NCBI RefSeq assembly: GCF_001194135.2 | Contig: NC_068984.1 | Span: 64,823,013-64,887,012 of the forward strand | Length of the DNA stretch: 64,000 bases | Source: Octopus bimaculoides | Taxonomy: Eukaryota | Reading direction: 5' to 3' | Part shown: one piece after another, positions 26,770 to 39,512 of the stretch | Numbering within the stretch: the stretch's first letter is position 1 | How the letters are laid out: each line of letters opens with the position of its first letter | Notes under the pieces: model-generated | Databases searched by the model: none | What the model was told of the DNA's origin: nothing | Seen by the model: the letters and a program-made list of their open reading frames with translations, nothing else | Made by a program: the position numbers and the translations under genes

Positions 26770-26932
26770 TTCCTTTCTTTGAAAGGCACAAGGCCTGAAA
26801 TTTTGAGGGAGGGGGCTGGTTTTTTATTACATCAACCCCAGTGCTTGACAGGTACTTCGCAATGTAAAAACGGACGAAATGCTGCTAAGTATTTTGTTCA
26901 GAGTGCTAACATTTCTGCCATTTCACCATCTT
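26770..26932 (-). mobile_element. tRNA-derived SINE family 1, internally deleted
   Basis: ggcacaaggcctgaaattttgaggg...aaccccagtgcttgacaggtac...ggacgaaatgctgctaagtattttg. Confidence 0.8.
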
Positions 26933-28790
26933 ATCCATCCTAATAATACTGATAATAATTGTGCTTTATTTGCCACCATCACTCATTACAAAGTGTTTCA
27001 CAAAAGGTGTGGAAAACTATATACACACACAATGTTGGTGTAAGAAAAATATAATACAAGATACAATATTAAGACAAGTTAAAGTGTTTTATACAAAACT
27101 AAAATAAATGAATAGAAAAAGGCAATCTAACCACAAAATGTGAGAAGCCACTGCTTATGAAAGGTTAGTATACCTCACAACTCTGACACCATCTTTCAAT
27201 TCAATCCTCTTCTGTTACCTGAAAATTGTCTTTGAGGCAATTTCAGCCTTAGTCTAGCTGCAAAGGACCCTGATATCAACCACAACATTGTCCCTCAGAT
27301 GTTGATACAATGATGATATGGTTTTAACATCAAATGACTATCAGCTAGTCATATTATTTGACCAATTCTCTTCCAAGGCTAATATAAGATTATATCTTTT
27401 CTCTTCCAGGTAGAAACCATTTACATGACCTTTACTATTAAGTGAAGCAAGTGGGTATTGTCATTTGTAACATATTTCATCCACTCTTTCTCTCGAGCTG
27501 GGTTAAGTTGTGTTGCTCTGTCTTTTGCCACAACATTAACAATAATTAAAGAATGTTACTGTTGTTGCTATTGCCACTTTTCTATATCTTTTTTTTTTTT
27601 CCACTTTAGTTATTTTTCTTTTCAACGCTATAATCTTTTATTATGTCTCATATTATGCATGTCTATGTTTTCTGTATGTTTCATTAGTAGTTTAGCTGAG
27701 AGTGTTTATTTATTGCTTTTCTACTACCTCCACTTTTAAGGTAATCACCTTACAATGTGTAAACATGCCTGCCTCCCCACCACACAGACACCCCCAAAAA
27801 TTTTAATACACTTAAAGAAAGGCCTTTCTTCTATCTCAGGTAACAGGTGTAAGATAACAGTTTGTTCTCAAGTCCATTGAAGGTTGAAGAACTAAAAATA
27901 ATTTTTTCATAAGTTAATCCTAGAAGAAACTATACTCTACATGATTCTCACTGAAACATGACCATTCGTGAGAAACAAGCACCAACTACAACTGCAATAA
28001 TAAATANNNNNNNNNNNNNNNNNNNNNNNNNNNNNNNNNNNNNNNNNNNNNNNNNNNNNNNNNNNNNNNNNNNNNNNNNNNNNNNNNNNNNNNNNNNNNN
28101 NNNNNNNNNNNNNNNNNNNNNNNNNNNNNNNNNNNNNNNNNNNNNNNNNNNNNNNNNNNAAAAGATTCATATTTTGGAAACTAAATCATACACAGCTTAA
28201 GGTATATAACAAACAGTGCCATTTTAAATGGAGAGGCAGCATGTTGTATTTTTTTGTTTCTTGAAAAATTTGCATTCAGGAAATAAACAGATCTTCAAAT
28301 AAATAACTAAATAAGAATCAAAAGTGAATAGCTAAACAGGCTAAGATCTAAATGTTTCATCTAGACTTTAAACCAGCTGCATAAAAAAAGATGTTTTTTG
28401 GATCAACAGAACATTTTTTTTTTATTACTTTACTTTTCAAAATAGCTTTTTTTAATATGTATTTACTTATTCGGATTTTATAAGTTGTTATTTCACTTGT
28501 CATGCTTTTAAAAAAATAATTCCATATAATTTGAAGCTTCCTGGAGTGACTAGAAAATATACAAAATGTTGGTTGCAGTGGAAATTATTGGATCTTCCTT
28601 AATTCTTAAATTCATACAACATATGCAGATGGAAAAGAATAAACTTCTATGTAAATATATATTTTTTATAATATAATAGACACTTGAATTAGGTAAGGTT
28701 TTTCTGAAAATTGAGAATCACTAGAAAAGTGCTGTACTATTTCAAAAAACATGAGCACTTTTATTTTTATTTTCCCATCACTTTATACAG

Positions 28791-28799
28791 TGAGAACAG
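28791..28799 (+). CDS. Candidate 9-nt microexon TGAGAACAG
   Basis: cacttttatttttattttcccatcactttatacag|TGAGAACAG|gtaaga. Strong pyrimidine tract, strong donor, frame-preserving length. Confidence 0.45.
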
Positions 28800-29380
28800 G
28801 TAAGAGAGAAATGGCTATGCAGTATATCTTGTGTTCTGATGTGGTAAACTGTATGTGGGCTGATATCACTAGCTAACAACTGTTGCAGTATTGCCTATAT
28901 AATAGTGCAAGTACTGGTCTTTCCCAACAGAAAATTATCTTTGTATTGCTCATCCTAATTAAATACTTCTATGGTATAAGTACTCAAGCAAGATTACAAT
29001 GCTCAAAGGTGTTCTGGCACACAAGCAATATTTATGTTTATGCCATATAATTATAACTAGACAGTATTTAATAATAATGATGTATGAGCATACTTTGATG
29101 CCCACAAAATAACGCCTCCCTCTATTCGTAACTAATATCAATGAACTCTTGAGTGTTCTGATATATACAAAATATCTGAAACAAGAACAGAGAAGCAGGC
29201 AGTAAAATCTATGCATCTTTTATCTCCTTCCAGTCTTTAAAAGTAACCAAACTGCAAACTCAATGTGTAATATTACTTTGAACTACAAGTGTAAAATTGA
29301 CATAGATGTTTTTTTTATCAGTGTAAAAGAGGGACTCTTTCATATCTTGCTGTAAGTTCTACTTGATGTAGTTCATTTTA

Positions 29381-29696
29381 GTGCATGTGGCTTAATGATT
29401 AAGGTAATCAGCTCATGATCGTAAGGTCATGAGTTCGATTCCTGGTGGTGCATTTGCTCTTGAGCAAAACATTTTATTTCACATTGCTTCAGTTCACTCA
29501 GCTGGCAAAAGTGAGTTGTGCCTGTATTTCAAAGGGCCGTCTTTGTCACATTATGTGTCAAGCTGGAACTCCTTGAGAATTACGTTAAGATTATGCATGT
29601 CTGTGGAGTGTTCAGCCACTTGCACATTAATTTCATGAGCAGGCTGTTCCATTGATCGGATCAATTGGAACCCTCATCATCATAACTGATAGAGTA
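29381..29696 (+). mobile_element. tRNA-derived SINE family 4
   Basis: gcatgtggcttaatgattaagg...gagttcgattcctgg (A/B boxes)...cttgagcaaaacattttatttcacattgct...gagcaggctgttccattgatcggatcaa. Confidence 0.8.
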
Positions 29697-32600
29697 CAAT
29701 TTACTTCATTTTAACTAATAGAGACTGGTACTCTTGAATATCCAGGCCAAATTTTTATTGACAAATCATGAGATATGAGACCATATATTCATAGATTATG
29801 AGTTCAAAACTGCTACAAATACTTTTCTGTATCTCTGGATGAAAAAACACTCTATTCTACTTTTCTTTTAAATTTTTCTACCTGCTGTAATTCATAACGA
29901 CCAAATCTATAATAAATAACATACATTCATAAAAGGATTATTAATCTCTCACCAATTTAACAAGTAATCATTGACATTGAAAAATTGCTCTTTGGGGATT
30001 TAAGAGACATTTACATCACATCAGATTACAAAGCCATTACTTTAGATAAGGAGTAAAGGAGGGATATGGTTAATTGAATTCACATTCAGTATAATAAGGG
30101 AAAATAGTCCTGACTGCAGAAGGGTAACTAACCAGGAAACAAACAACTTCCTGCTTCTTTTATAATTATTAAAATAGGGGGCATATGTTCAAATTTATTA
30201 TGTTAACTGAAATCAAAGATCAACAAATGATAACTAGCAATATGTATTTGTTTGCTACCATACAAACAAAACAGTATGGAAGTAGAAGGCTGGAGAAAGA
30301 GAGAGGGAGAGATTGTGTGTGTGTGTAAGTAATAGAAGGAGGAGAAGTAAAATCTAAATCAGAGGAAGAAAAAGGTGCTTATTACGATGTCCAGGGTGAC
30401 ATGCAGGAAAAGATGAAGTGAGAGAATTAAAATGCAAGTGGGTTGGAGAAGAAGTATTTGTTTTATGTTGCTTTAAAGTAGGGAATAGGAAAATTTTAAT
30501 TTACTCATAAATAACAATGGGAAACAAAGAGACTGTTTTGAAACATACATTTTCATTATGAATATTGTTATAAAACAACTGAAATAATATCATCATCATT
30601 GTTTGCTATCCACTTTTCCAAGCTTGCATGGGATGGATGGAATTTATTGAGGTGGATGTCATTCCTGTCAACAACCTTCAGTGGTTTCTTCCTAGCAAGA
30701 TAGCATTCCCCACAACCAAACATGGTTCACAGAATATTGGAATACCATGCGAAGTCAAAGCAAGGAAATAGTAACACACACACACACACACACACGCATA
30801 ATGAATTTCCTACAGTTCCTCTCTACCTAATCCACTCACAAAGCTTTGATCAGTCTGGGGCTATAATAGACACAATGTACCAAGTAGAAGAACTGAACCT
30901 GAATCCATGTGGTTGGAAAGCAATCTTCTTACCCAACAAGCATGCAATGTAAATTTTTCACTGCTTTGTACTCAATATTCTAATAGTTTTGTGAATATAG
31001 TTTCATCATTGGTAACTGTTGAAACCTTCAGTGACTCAGTAAAAATGAGAGATGTGTGAAAAGAACTGTTTTTTTTTATGGCACAAATATTCATGTATCA
31101 TTGTGATCTACCATTTCTGGTGAGCGATATGTATGATTGCAATTATGAATTATTGATAATATTTCATTAATTAATTAGCTGTAGATAAGAAATTTACAAT
31201 GGTTTTACTCTTCATTTTGAAAAGAGTTGACCACCATCTTTGAATAAAACTGTTGTAATTCTTGATGCTACAAATGATTAATCAATTTATAGATATATTT
31301 AAACATACTAATCTTATTTATTTCTATGTAAATTTCTATGACTAATACTTTATTTACACACACACACACAATCATGCATATTAAATTTGATGGCTAAGTT
31401 TCTCATATAAGTAATAGATAAATATTACAGTTTTATATGTGATTTATTTCATATTAAACCATGAAAAGATTTTAAAAGTACAAACCCATTTAGAAGAATT
31501 GAACCATGTATCTTTTGCCTACAATACAAACATGTTACAATTTACACAGTAACGAATTAATATCTGACATATAAATTTAGCATGTGTGTGTGTGTCTGTG
31601 TGTATGGATGAATGGATGGACAAACAGACAGATGAGATTGTCATTTTCTTTCTCCTCATTCATGTTTGTATGCTTTGTATGCTTGAGAGAGGGAGAGAGA
31701 GTGAAATAGAGAGAAAATGAGTATTTTTTTAAAGAAACCTCCCTTAATGATAAATGCATGTACAGATACACACAAGCACACAAACGTGTCATACATTCAT
31801 AAATAACTGTCAACATCATTGGCTACTGCCCAGTTGCTATTTTCCCATTTTCACATGTGTTAAAAGCAGGTTTGCTAAGCAACACATTCAGGATACTGAG
31901 TCAAATACACAAATTATTAGGATAAGCTATTGCCTTTTTCCAGTGCATAACAGGTAACATTTCAAGCAGTTAGTTGATCATATACAATGGGAGCAGGTGA
32001 ATGCTACAATGGACTGAATAGATGAGAAATGTTTCAGTGGTGAACAGTTTATGATTCTGCATAGAAACGCAACAGTAGCAGTGGAAGAATGAAGAATAGA
32101 TGTCTCACCAAACATCAATAAGCTACTTGATTCAATATGCTCTAGTCTAAGCAAGCCACCATCCTCACCCATTTGTGTATGCATGAACATGAGAAACAAA
32201 TACAGATACACTAACAAAATATACACATATACAGATACATATACACAGCTGTTTCTAAAATAAATACAAATTACCAGTCATGTATACTACAGTAACTTGC
32301 AGCTACAGTTATGCTTAAAGTGCATTCATTCTTAACTTGCCAAATTCTAGTTGCAATGACTTTTCACACAGCCTCACAAATTACCTGCACAATGATCTGA
32401 AACGATCTATCCTTAGAGTCGCCTTAATGTTATCTACTTATTTAGATGATGATCTCTCCTTTTCCTCACTCATTCTTGCTCACTATCTGTCTCATATACA
32501 CACATATATATACACCATGGGCATAAACATTTGTTTAAAAGTCTATATTTGAAGATTCGAAAAAAAATGCTGCATGTATTATCATTCTGATTATTTTTTG

Positions 32601-34589
32601 GTTACTATTTCCCCAAAAACTTCCCCAGCAACTCTTAATATTTCCTTATGCAATTACTTTAACAGATCAATATTCCTCTGGAAATAAACCTCTAAAAAGA
32701 GGATTTTGAAGTTCCTACTTTATTCTTCAGATACTTTCACTAAGCCTTAAAAAGCACAACACATGCAAAATTTAATAGTGATGGCAAAAAATAATTGAAA
32801 TGATAGTAATGGTTAATGAAGATATCTGTAATATGATGGAAATGAAAGGCAAAAATCATAACATTGAGCTTCCAAATGTCACTTTACAGTAGACAGGAAA
32901 ATAATAACAGAAATTACCATCTTGATAAAAGGATTCATCTGGTGGCAAATTCTTGTGAATAATAATTTGAAAATGGGATACATTTTAGCACATTAACTAA
33001 GTATGAATCAGATCCAGAGCTCATATCCAATAATACAAGTGACTGTAATGGTTAATTTGAAGTTAAAGTACATGAGTGGTTTCATGTTTCCTTTTCAATG
33101 CAGAAAGAATGATTTTTCATTCATCACTAGTTGACAGAATATTTATTAATTCATAAAATCTTTCGACTCATAAAACAGTGAGCTATTGCCACAAATGATG
33201 CCTGTTTACTGCAATCGGTTCTTAAGTGGAGCAAAAAAAAGTTCTTCCCCATAAACAAGGTACAAAGATAGTGTCAAAATTGAAATTGCTGCTCTTTAGT
33301 GAAATAGCCTGACTCTGTAGTAATTTGGTTAGCTGTGATTCTCATGGTCAGAATGTACCAAAGTGATGAGTAGTAATATAATCAGTCAAAGATCAGTAAT
33401 TTAATAATGAAAATATGACGGGCCAATATATTCTATCCATGCAACAAAAAGTACAGTTAAAGGATACTGATGGTTATAAGAAAGATCATTACAATTATGT
33501 AGCACTTGGTGTGATGTGAGAAATTGAAACATTTCTAAACCATAAGTTGCTTCTGATAGCTATCAGAAGCCTTATACAGTGTATTGCTAGAGTTGTATAA
33601 TTTTAGTTTTTGCAAACACTAATTTAAAACAAAAAAATTCCTTTTTGTTTTGTTTCTTTGGTAAGGGAACCTAGTAATTTTGAAGCTGATTAAACCAGCC
33701 TAAATCCCAAAGGTACAGATCAATATCCACATGCACTAACTGATCTACCGACTTAATATTTTATTTTATTGCCTCTGAATGGAGAGACTTTCTAAACTCA
33801 ATAACAGCATTATTTGAAACAAATATGGAATTCTTTAAGCAATGAACCATTAAGAATTGATTGCTGAATTTTTATTCTTATTTTTCACATATTGATTTCA
33901 TTTTTCTTTGTTTAACAAGTAGTATTTTGTTTCCTCTTTCCTTGAATAAAAGTGTACTTAAACCTTGATACACTAAAACAAATCAAGGTATTCTAAAGGC
34001 TAAAGAAATGTTCTAGCATGTTACAATCTTTTATGCTTTTGTTTTTAACCTTGAGTATCAAATGATTTCAAAAGACAAAAGGTATCTTGACTCTTTTAAT
34101 AATAGTCATATCTGTAGCAACAGGAGTGCATTGTAAGAAATATTCTAAGGAAATATACTAAAATATGTGTGGGGAAGGAATTATTAAATGTACAATGAAA
34201 TATCTGAAATACTATTTAGGTAAATTACTTTAAATATTCTTTTAGTTCTTCTTATAATTTCCAACAAAATATGCAATTTGCTTCAATATCATTTTCCTTT
34301 TTTTTCACTAGTTTTAAACCTTTGTTTAGCTTGCCTTTTTCAGAGTTAAGAAACTTTTAAGACTTCTTTTCTTGCATTTCAACACAAGATAATTGTTCGC
34401 AAAATGGAATACAACAGAGAAAGAAAATTTGGAAAAAATTGTTCAGTTTAAATCGTGCATCTATCCAGTAAAACAGAAAAACAGCAGCGTTTGAGTATCT
34501 TTACCTTTCCCTTATTTTCAGTACTGATACTAACTTGGGATGGCATAAAATACCCATTAAACTATGGCCTGTGTATGTGTATATAACTC

Positions 34590-34745
34590 TGTAAAGTGGT
34601 TGGTATTAGGAAGAGCATCCACCTGTAAAAATCATGCCAAAACAGATAGTGGAGAGTTTGGTGCAGTCCCCTGGCTTGCCAGCTCCTGTCAAACGATCTA
34701 ACTCATGTCAGCATGGAAAATGGATGTTAAATGATGATGATGATG
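34590..34745 (+). mobile_element. SINE family 3, 3' part with (GAT)n tail
   Basis: ggttggtattaggaagagcatccacctgtaaaa...gcatggaaaatggatgttaaatgatgatgatgatgat. Confidence 0.8.
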
Positions 34746-36143
34746 ATACACACACATACATATGGGTGTATATAAATGGTTGCCCTACATACCATCATCC
34801 ATCATTACTCAACTTCCCCTCACTAGGACTATGCATGGGAGACTGTATTGCTTTACCCTCATCAGACTGTGCCCATTTTTCTGTCCTCTGTTCATATTTC
34901 CACTCCCCTCATTCATACCCTATCATTCATATCTTTCATCTCACCTCATGTGATGCTTACTTACTACCACCAATTACTCAGTCTTTTCTATTTTTCTCTC
35001 ACTGTCATCCCCACCTGATTTATTTACCATCTCAACACCCTCTCATCTTCCTGGCCTACCCAACCATGCTCTTCTATTCCTCTCTTCCAATGAATCTGTC
35101 AGAACCATTGCCAAGTTTATAAATTTTTGCTTCTTTCATGTTCCCTTTCCCCTCACCTTTCACCCATATTCACCCTTAAAATGTAAGATAGCCTTAGCCC
35201 AAGGCCCTTGGATCCTCATATACAACCCACTTCATCGCTCTTGTCATTTTGTCCATGGAACTTTTACTTAATGATTTTGGTACAAGTCTTGGTAAGACAT
35301 TGTACTACATGTACTCCAGTTCATCTAGTTATCAAGGATATAAAATAAATCATTTGGAAATGCTATGTGTGATAGACTGGTATCTTATTCAAGTTGAAAG
35401 TTACCACTTATCTGATTCATATCCTGATACCAGACATAAGTCCCAGCTCTCAGTAGCTCTTTAGGGATTGGGAGTATTGCATTATACTTTGATAAATCAA
35501 TGCTTTGAGATTGGAGAAGGAATGACTAGATTTAAAGAATGAATAAATGAATGACTGCAGCTTAGTTAACAGTAATAAAGATAAAGAAAACTAAAAAAAA
35601 AAAAAATAAGTAAAGATACTGCAAAGGAATTTATTTTTTAAAAAATAAATTAAATTACTGGTTAATGAAAAGAGAATTTCTGGTGCAGTGGATACCTATA
35701 TGAACATTCTATTTACTGAATGTAAAATATATGCTAAACAGTAAAATAAGAGGCAAAAAAGTAAATAATCAAAATATATTTAAAAGAAAAATTCTAGCAA
35801 ATTCTATAGAAGTATAGTCCAAAAATAGATATTACTTGCCTCATGTTATGAGAATGTAAATTAAAAAAAAAAACAAAAAAAAAAACAGAAGTTAAACTTT
35901 TTTTAAAATGACAAAAAAAAAAAAAACTCAACAAACACAAAAATTTGAAGTCTTACCATATTCTTCTTATTCTAATTCTTTTTCTTATTATTTGATATAT
36001 TGCCTGCAAGCTCTTATAGTCTAATGGCTATTATTCTTATAATTTATTGTTCTTATTTCCCAGACAAATTTCCAATTAGTTTACAGTCAACAAGTATATT
36101 TTATTGATTACCATTTAGAAATAGTGGTGCACAAGTGAATTCC

Positions 36144-36180
<37 letters not shown>

Positions 36181-36625
36181 GTTATTATTGTTGTTGTTGT
36201 TGTTCCGGTTTTGTTTTATTATTGTCTGTATTGTTATTAGCATTATTTTATTTTAACTTTTTTTTTACATTTTATGTTTTAGTATATTTTTTTTTGTTAT
36301 TGTATTTGAAGTAGGAAGTGTTTTTGTTTTGTTTTTATGCCACTTTCCCTTGCTAGACTGCTCTGCTTTTCTAACAGTGGAGTAAAATGTCACTATTTTC
36401 CACTTTCATGAGTTATAATCACATGAAAACAAAGATAACCTCTCTTTGCATCTTTTAGGGTATATCTAGTAATTAGTGATGTGACATCTCTCTTCTGCTG
36501 GAAGCCAATGCTTGTTACTGTCATTCATCAACCATTTCAATATTATCATAAAGGACACATAAAAGACACTCAGCTCTGTCAAAGTCTGAAGATGAATTAG
36601 GAACTTTCCCCCACACATAATACTG

Positions 36626-36661
<36 letters not shown>

Positions 36662-37093
36662 ATTATTACTATCATTATTGTTGTTGTTCCTATCATTATT
36701 ATTATTATTATCATTGTTATTATTATTATTATTGTCATCATCATCATAATTTCGCAATATAGACATAAAGTATTGTGTTTTTTTATCTTTATTCTAACTG
36801 TCAAGACTAAAGAAAAGGCCTTAGTCCTAATGTACCTTTCTAAAAATATGAGCTCTTCCAAAGAGGACAAATTTATGGAGCACTTGCATGTCTGTCTTGA
36901 TGTCTAGCTATTCCAAGTGCTACAACAAGTGTTTTTTTTTTCTGTCTAGAATTCAAACTAATGCTCTGATGGTAATGGTAACTGATACAACTTTTACTAC
37001 TAGGCAACTCCACATTCTGAATATCTACTTTTGATTCACCGTACTTTGTGATTTTTTTTCTGCTTCATTGTCTCCAATGATTTTGATTGAAAG

Positions 37094-37130
37094 GACTGCT
37101 ACATCAAGAAATGCTGCATCCTCTTATAAG
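37094..37130 (+). CDS. Candidate 37-nt exon ((G)LLHQEMLHPLI or (R)TATSRNAASSYK)
   Basis: About 88 nt of AG-free, pyrimidine-rich sequence (37004-37091) precede ...ttgattgaaag|GACTGC...TTATAAG|gtaagc. Consensus donor; two frames are open. Confidence 0.5.
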
Positions 37131-37291
37131 GTAAGCTGTTGTTTTATATCATGTATAATGATATCTGGTGTTCAGTTGTTCTGTCTGTCTGGACATGGCT
37201 CACCTCAGTTTATTTAGCACATTTTCTGATAGATGATTCTACATACCACTTGTTTGAAAATGTAGTCATATTTTTTCTTAGAAAATGAACA

Positions 37292-37680
37292 AGCGCAGGA
37301 GTGACTTACCAACCATATAGTTCTTGGTTCAGCCCCACTCATGACACCTAAGTGTCTTCTACTATAGCCTCAGGCCGACCAAAGCCTTGTAAGTGGATTT
37401 GGTAGACAGAAACTGAAAGAAGCCTGTTGTATATATATGTATATGTATATATATATATGTGTGTGTGTATATGTTTGTGTGTGTGTGTGTTTGTTCCCCC
37501 AACATCACTTGACAACCGATGCTGGTGTGTTTAGGTCCCCGTAACTTAGTGATTCGGCAAAAGAGACTGATGGAATAAGTACTAGGCTTACAAAGAATAA
37601 GTCCTGGGGGGTCGATTTGCTCGACTAAAGGCGGTGCTCCAGCATGGCCGCAGTCAAATGACTGAAACAAGTAAAAAGAG
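37292..37680 (+). mobile_element. tRNA-derived SINE family 2, near full length, well preserved
   Basis: gcgcaggagtg...ttaccaaccatatagttcttggttcagcccc...ctactatagcctcaggccgaccaaagcc...(AT/GT)n...gcggtgctccagcatggccgcagtcaaatgactgaaacaagtaaaa. Confidence 0.9.
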
Positions 37681-38053
37681 AAAGTGTAAATTGAGATATA
37701 TTCAGTCAAGAAAGGAAGGAGTGTGTCCATAATCATTACATGCTTCCATCTCAAATGGGTGAGACTCATGCAGCCGATGCCTAGTCTGTTCTTTTACCGG
37801 GCAATGCATAAAGAACAAATGTAGAAGGGGAGGGAAACAGAGTATTTGGTGATAATTTTTACTACAGTATAGACTCTACTAAAAATATCCAGTGACTGGA
37901 TGTTAGTTTCAAATATATTTCTTTTTAAAAAGACAATTGAATGCATGCACTCATAGCTAATGGTAATCAAAACAAAGAAAAATCAAAACATAAATCAAAG
38001 ATACTGCTAAAGAATTTCAAAAAAATAGTTAGGTTTGACAAATGTAAGGTTAA

Positions 38054-38273
38054 CCCATTAGCATTCAGCTTACTCTGTCAAATGTAATGCTTTCATATTC
38101 AAATTGTTTTGATTTAATCCTGCATTATCTTATAGTTTTGAGGTTTCAATTATGTGATTGGTTATTTTTAGAAAGCCAGTGTAGATTAGGTGTGAGAGGC
38201 TAGATATGGCCAATTTGAATATAAAACATGTAGAATATTTGGGCTGGATATGGCTGGTGTAAATGCTAAAGAG
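38054..38273. mobile_element. piggyBac-type MITE with TTAA target duplication
   Basis: TTAA|CCCATTAGCATT...AATGCTAAAGAG|TTAA: inverted termini and TTAA flanks. Confidence 0.85.
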
Positions 38274-38862
38274 TTAAACATTAAAGAAGATATGACTGTG
38301 TTGACATTGTGATAAATTAACAACTCCTGAGTCATGATTTTGAATCTTAAGACATAATTATGTCTGTAACAGAATCATTACTTCTTCATGACACCTGTTG
38401 GATTCTTATTTCTAATATGTTAAGCTACATGTTGAAATAGGAGCTATGAATATACAAGGTTACTTACTAAAGACTACCGAAATGGCCTTACTTCAATTGA
38501 TATGAAACATTATAATAGACTTTATTTTTTTGTTTTTTTTTCAGTGTGTTTCACTGTAAAACTAGTACACTTATGAAGATTGTATTTATGTCACATGAAT
38601 CTAGAAGAGGAGGAAGTAATGTGATACAGTAATCATGCTAAGTAAACTATTTCTGTAAAACTGCTTCCAAATTTCCATTGTTACCATTTCATTTCTTATC
38701 ATCTATGAATACAAGATCTCATTTCTATATATTAAACTGAAGTTTTCCAAGAAGAAAACAAAAGTAAACATGATTGAATTTCTCTCAAATCTATTAAATA
38801 AGTGAATAAACAAACAAAGTGTTTCTTAGAAATAGTAAGAGAACTTTCATCTAAAAATTTTT

Positions 38863-39135
38863 ATGGACTAGTGGTTAGGATGTTGCACTCATGATTGTGA
38901 GATCGCAGTTTCAATTCCTAGACCAGGTGGTGCATTGTGTTCTTGAGCAAAACACTTCAGTTCACATTGCTCTGTGATCATTTTGACACCTGACACATGG
39001 TACACCATGCACCTGTTGATTTGATGGAAGGAGTGAACCAAGGTACAACACATACATTTGGTCATTATAAACAAATCACTGTGCAGGTTGTTCAGTAAAA
39101 GCTGAACACTCATATGCTGTCTCTGACAGGAGAGT
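38863..39135 (+). mobile_element. tRNA-derived SINE family 4 variant with (ATT)n tail
   Basis: atggactagtggttaggatgttgcactcatgattgtgagatcgcagtttcaattcctag...ttcttgagcaaaacacttc. Confidence 0.8.
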
Positions 39136-39140
39136 CCAAC

Positions 39141-39183
<43 letters not shown>

Positions 39184-39242
39184 ACATTTGGTAGTTACAG
39201 GCAAAGTTCTACTGCATCACCTGCTACTCCTGTGATTCTAGG

Positions 39243-39293
<51 letters not shown>

Positions 39294-39304
39294 ATGATCA
39301 TCAT

Positions 39305-39512
39305 ATGAGCAATGAGCTGACAGAATCATTAGAGTATCAGAAAAATGCTTAGTGCTATTTCTTCCTTCATTTTACATCCTGAATTTAAATTCAGCAAAAC
39401 TAACTTACATCTATCCAGGGTCAAAAAAATAAGTAACAGACAAGTACTGAGATCACTGGTATTGACTACTCCTCCTCTCAAAATAGAGGTCCTTGAGCCT
39501 AAATCAGAAATC
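39305..39512 (+). mobile_element. tRNA-derived SINE family 1, old copy
   Basis: gagctgacagaatcattag...aaaatgcttagtgctatttc...ggtc aaaaaaataagta...aaatagaggtccttgagcctaaatcagaaa. Confidence 0.7.

Noticed and set aside
27840-27848. Other tiny AG...GT intervals (27840-27848, 43397-43399, 49670-49681, 56121-56149)
   Set aside because: Weaker or ambiguous signals. Such matches are expected by chance in 64 kb of AT-rich DNA.
34634-35122. 162-aa ORF
   Set aside because: The first part is SINE family 3 with its (GAT)n tail; the rest is pyrimidine-rich low-complexity sequence.
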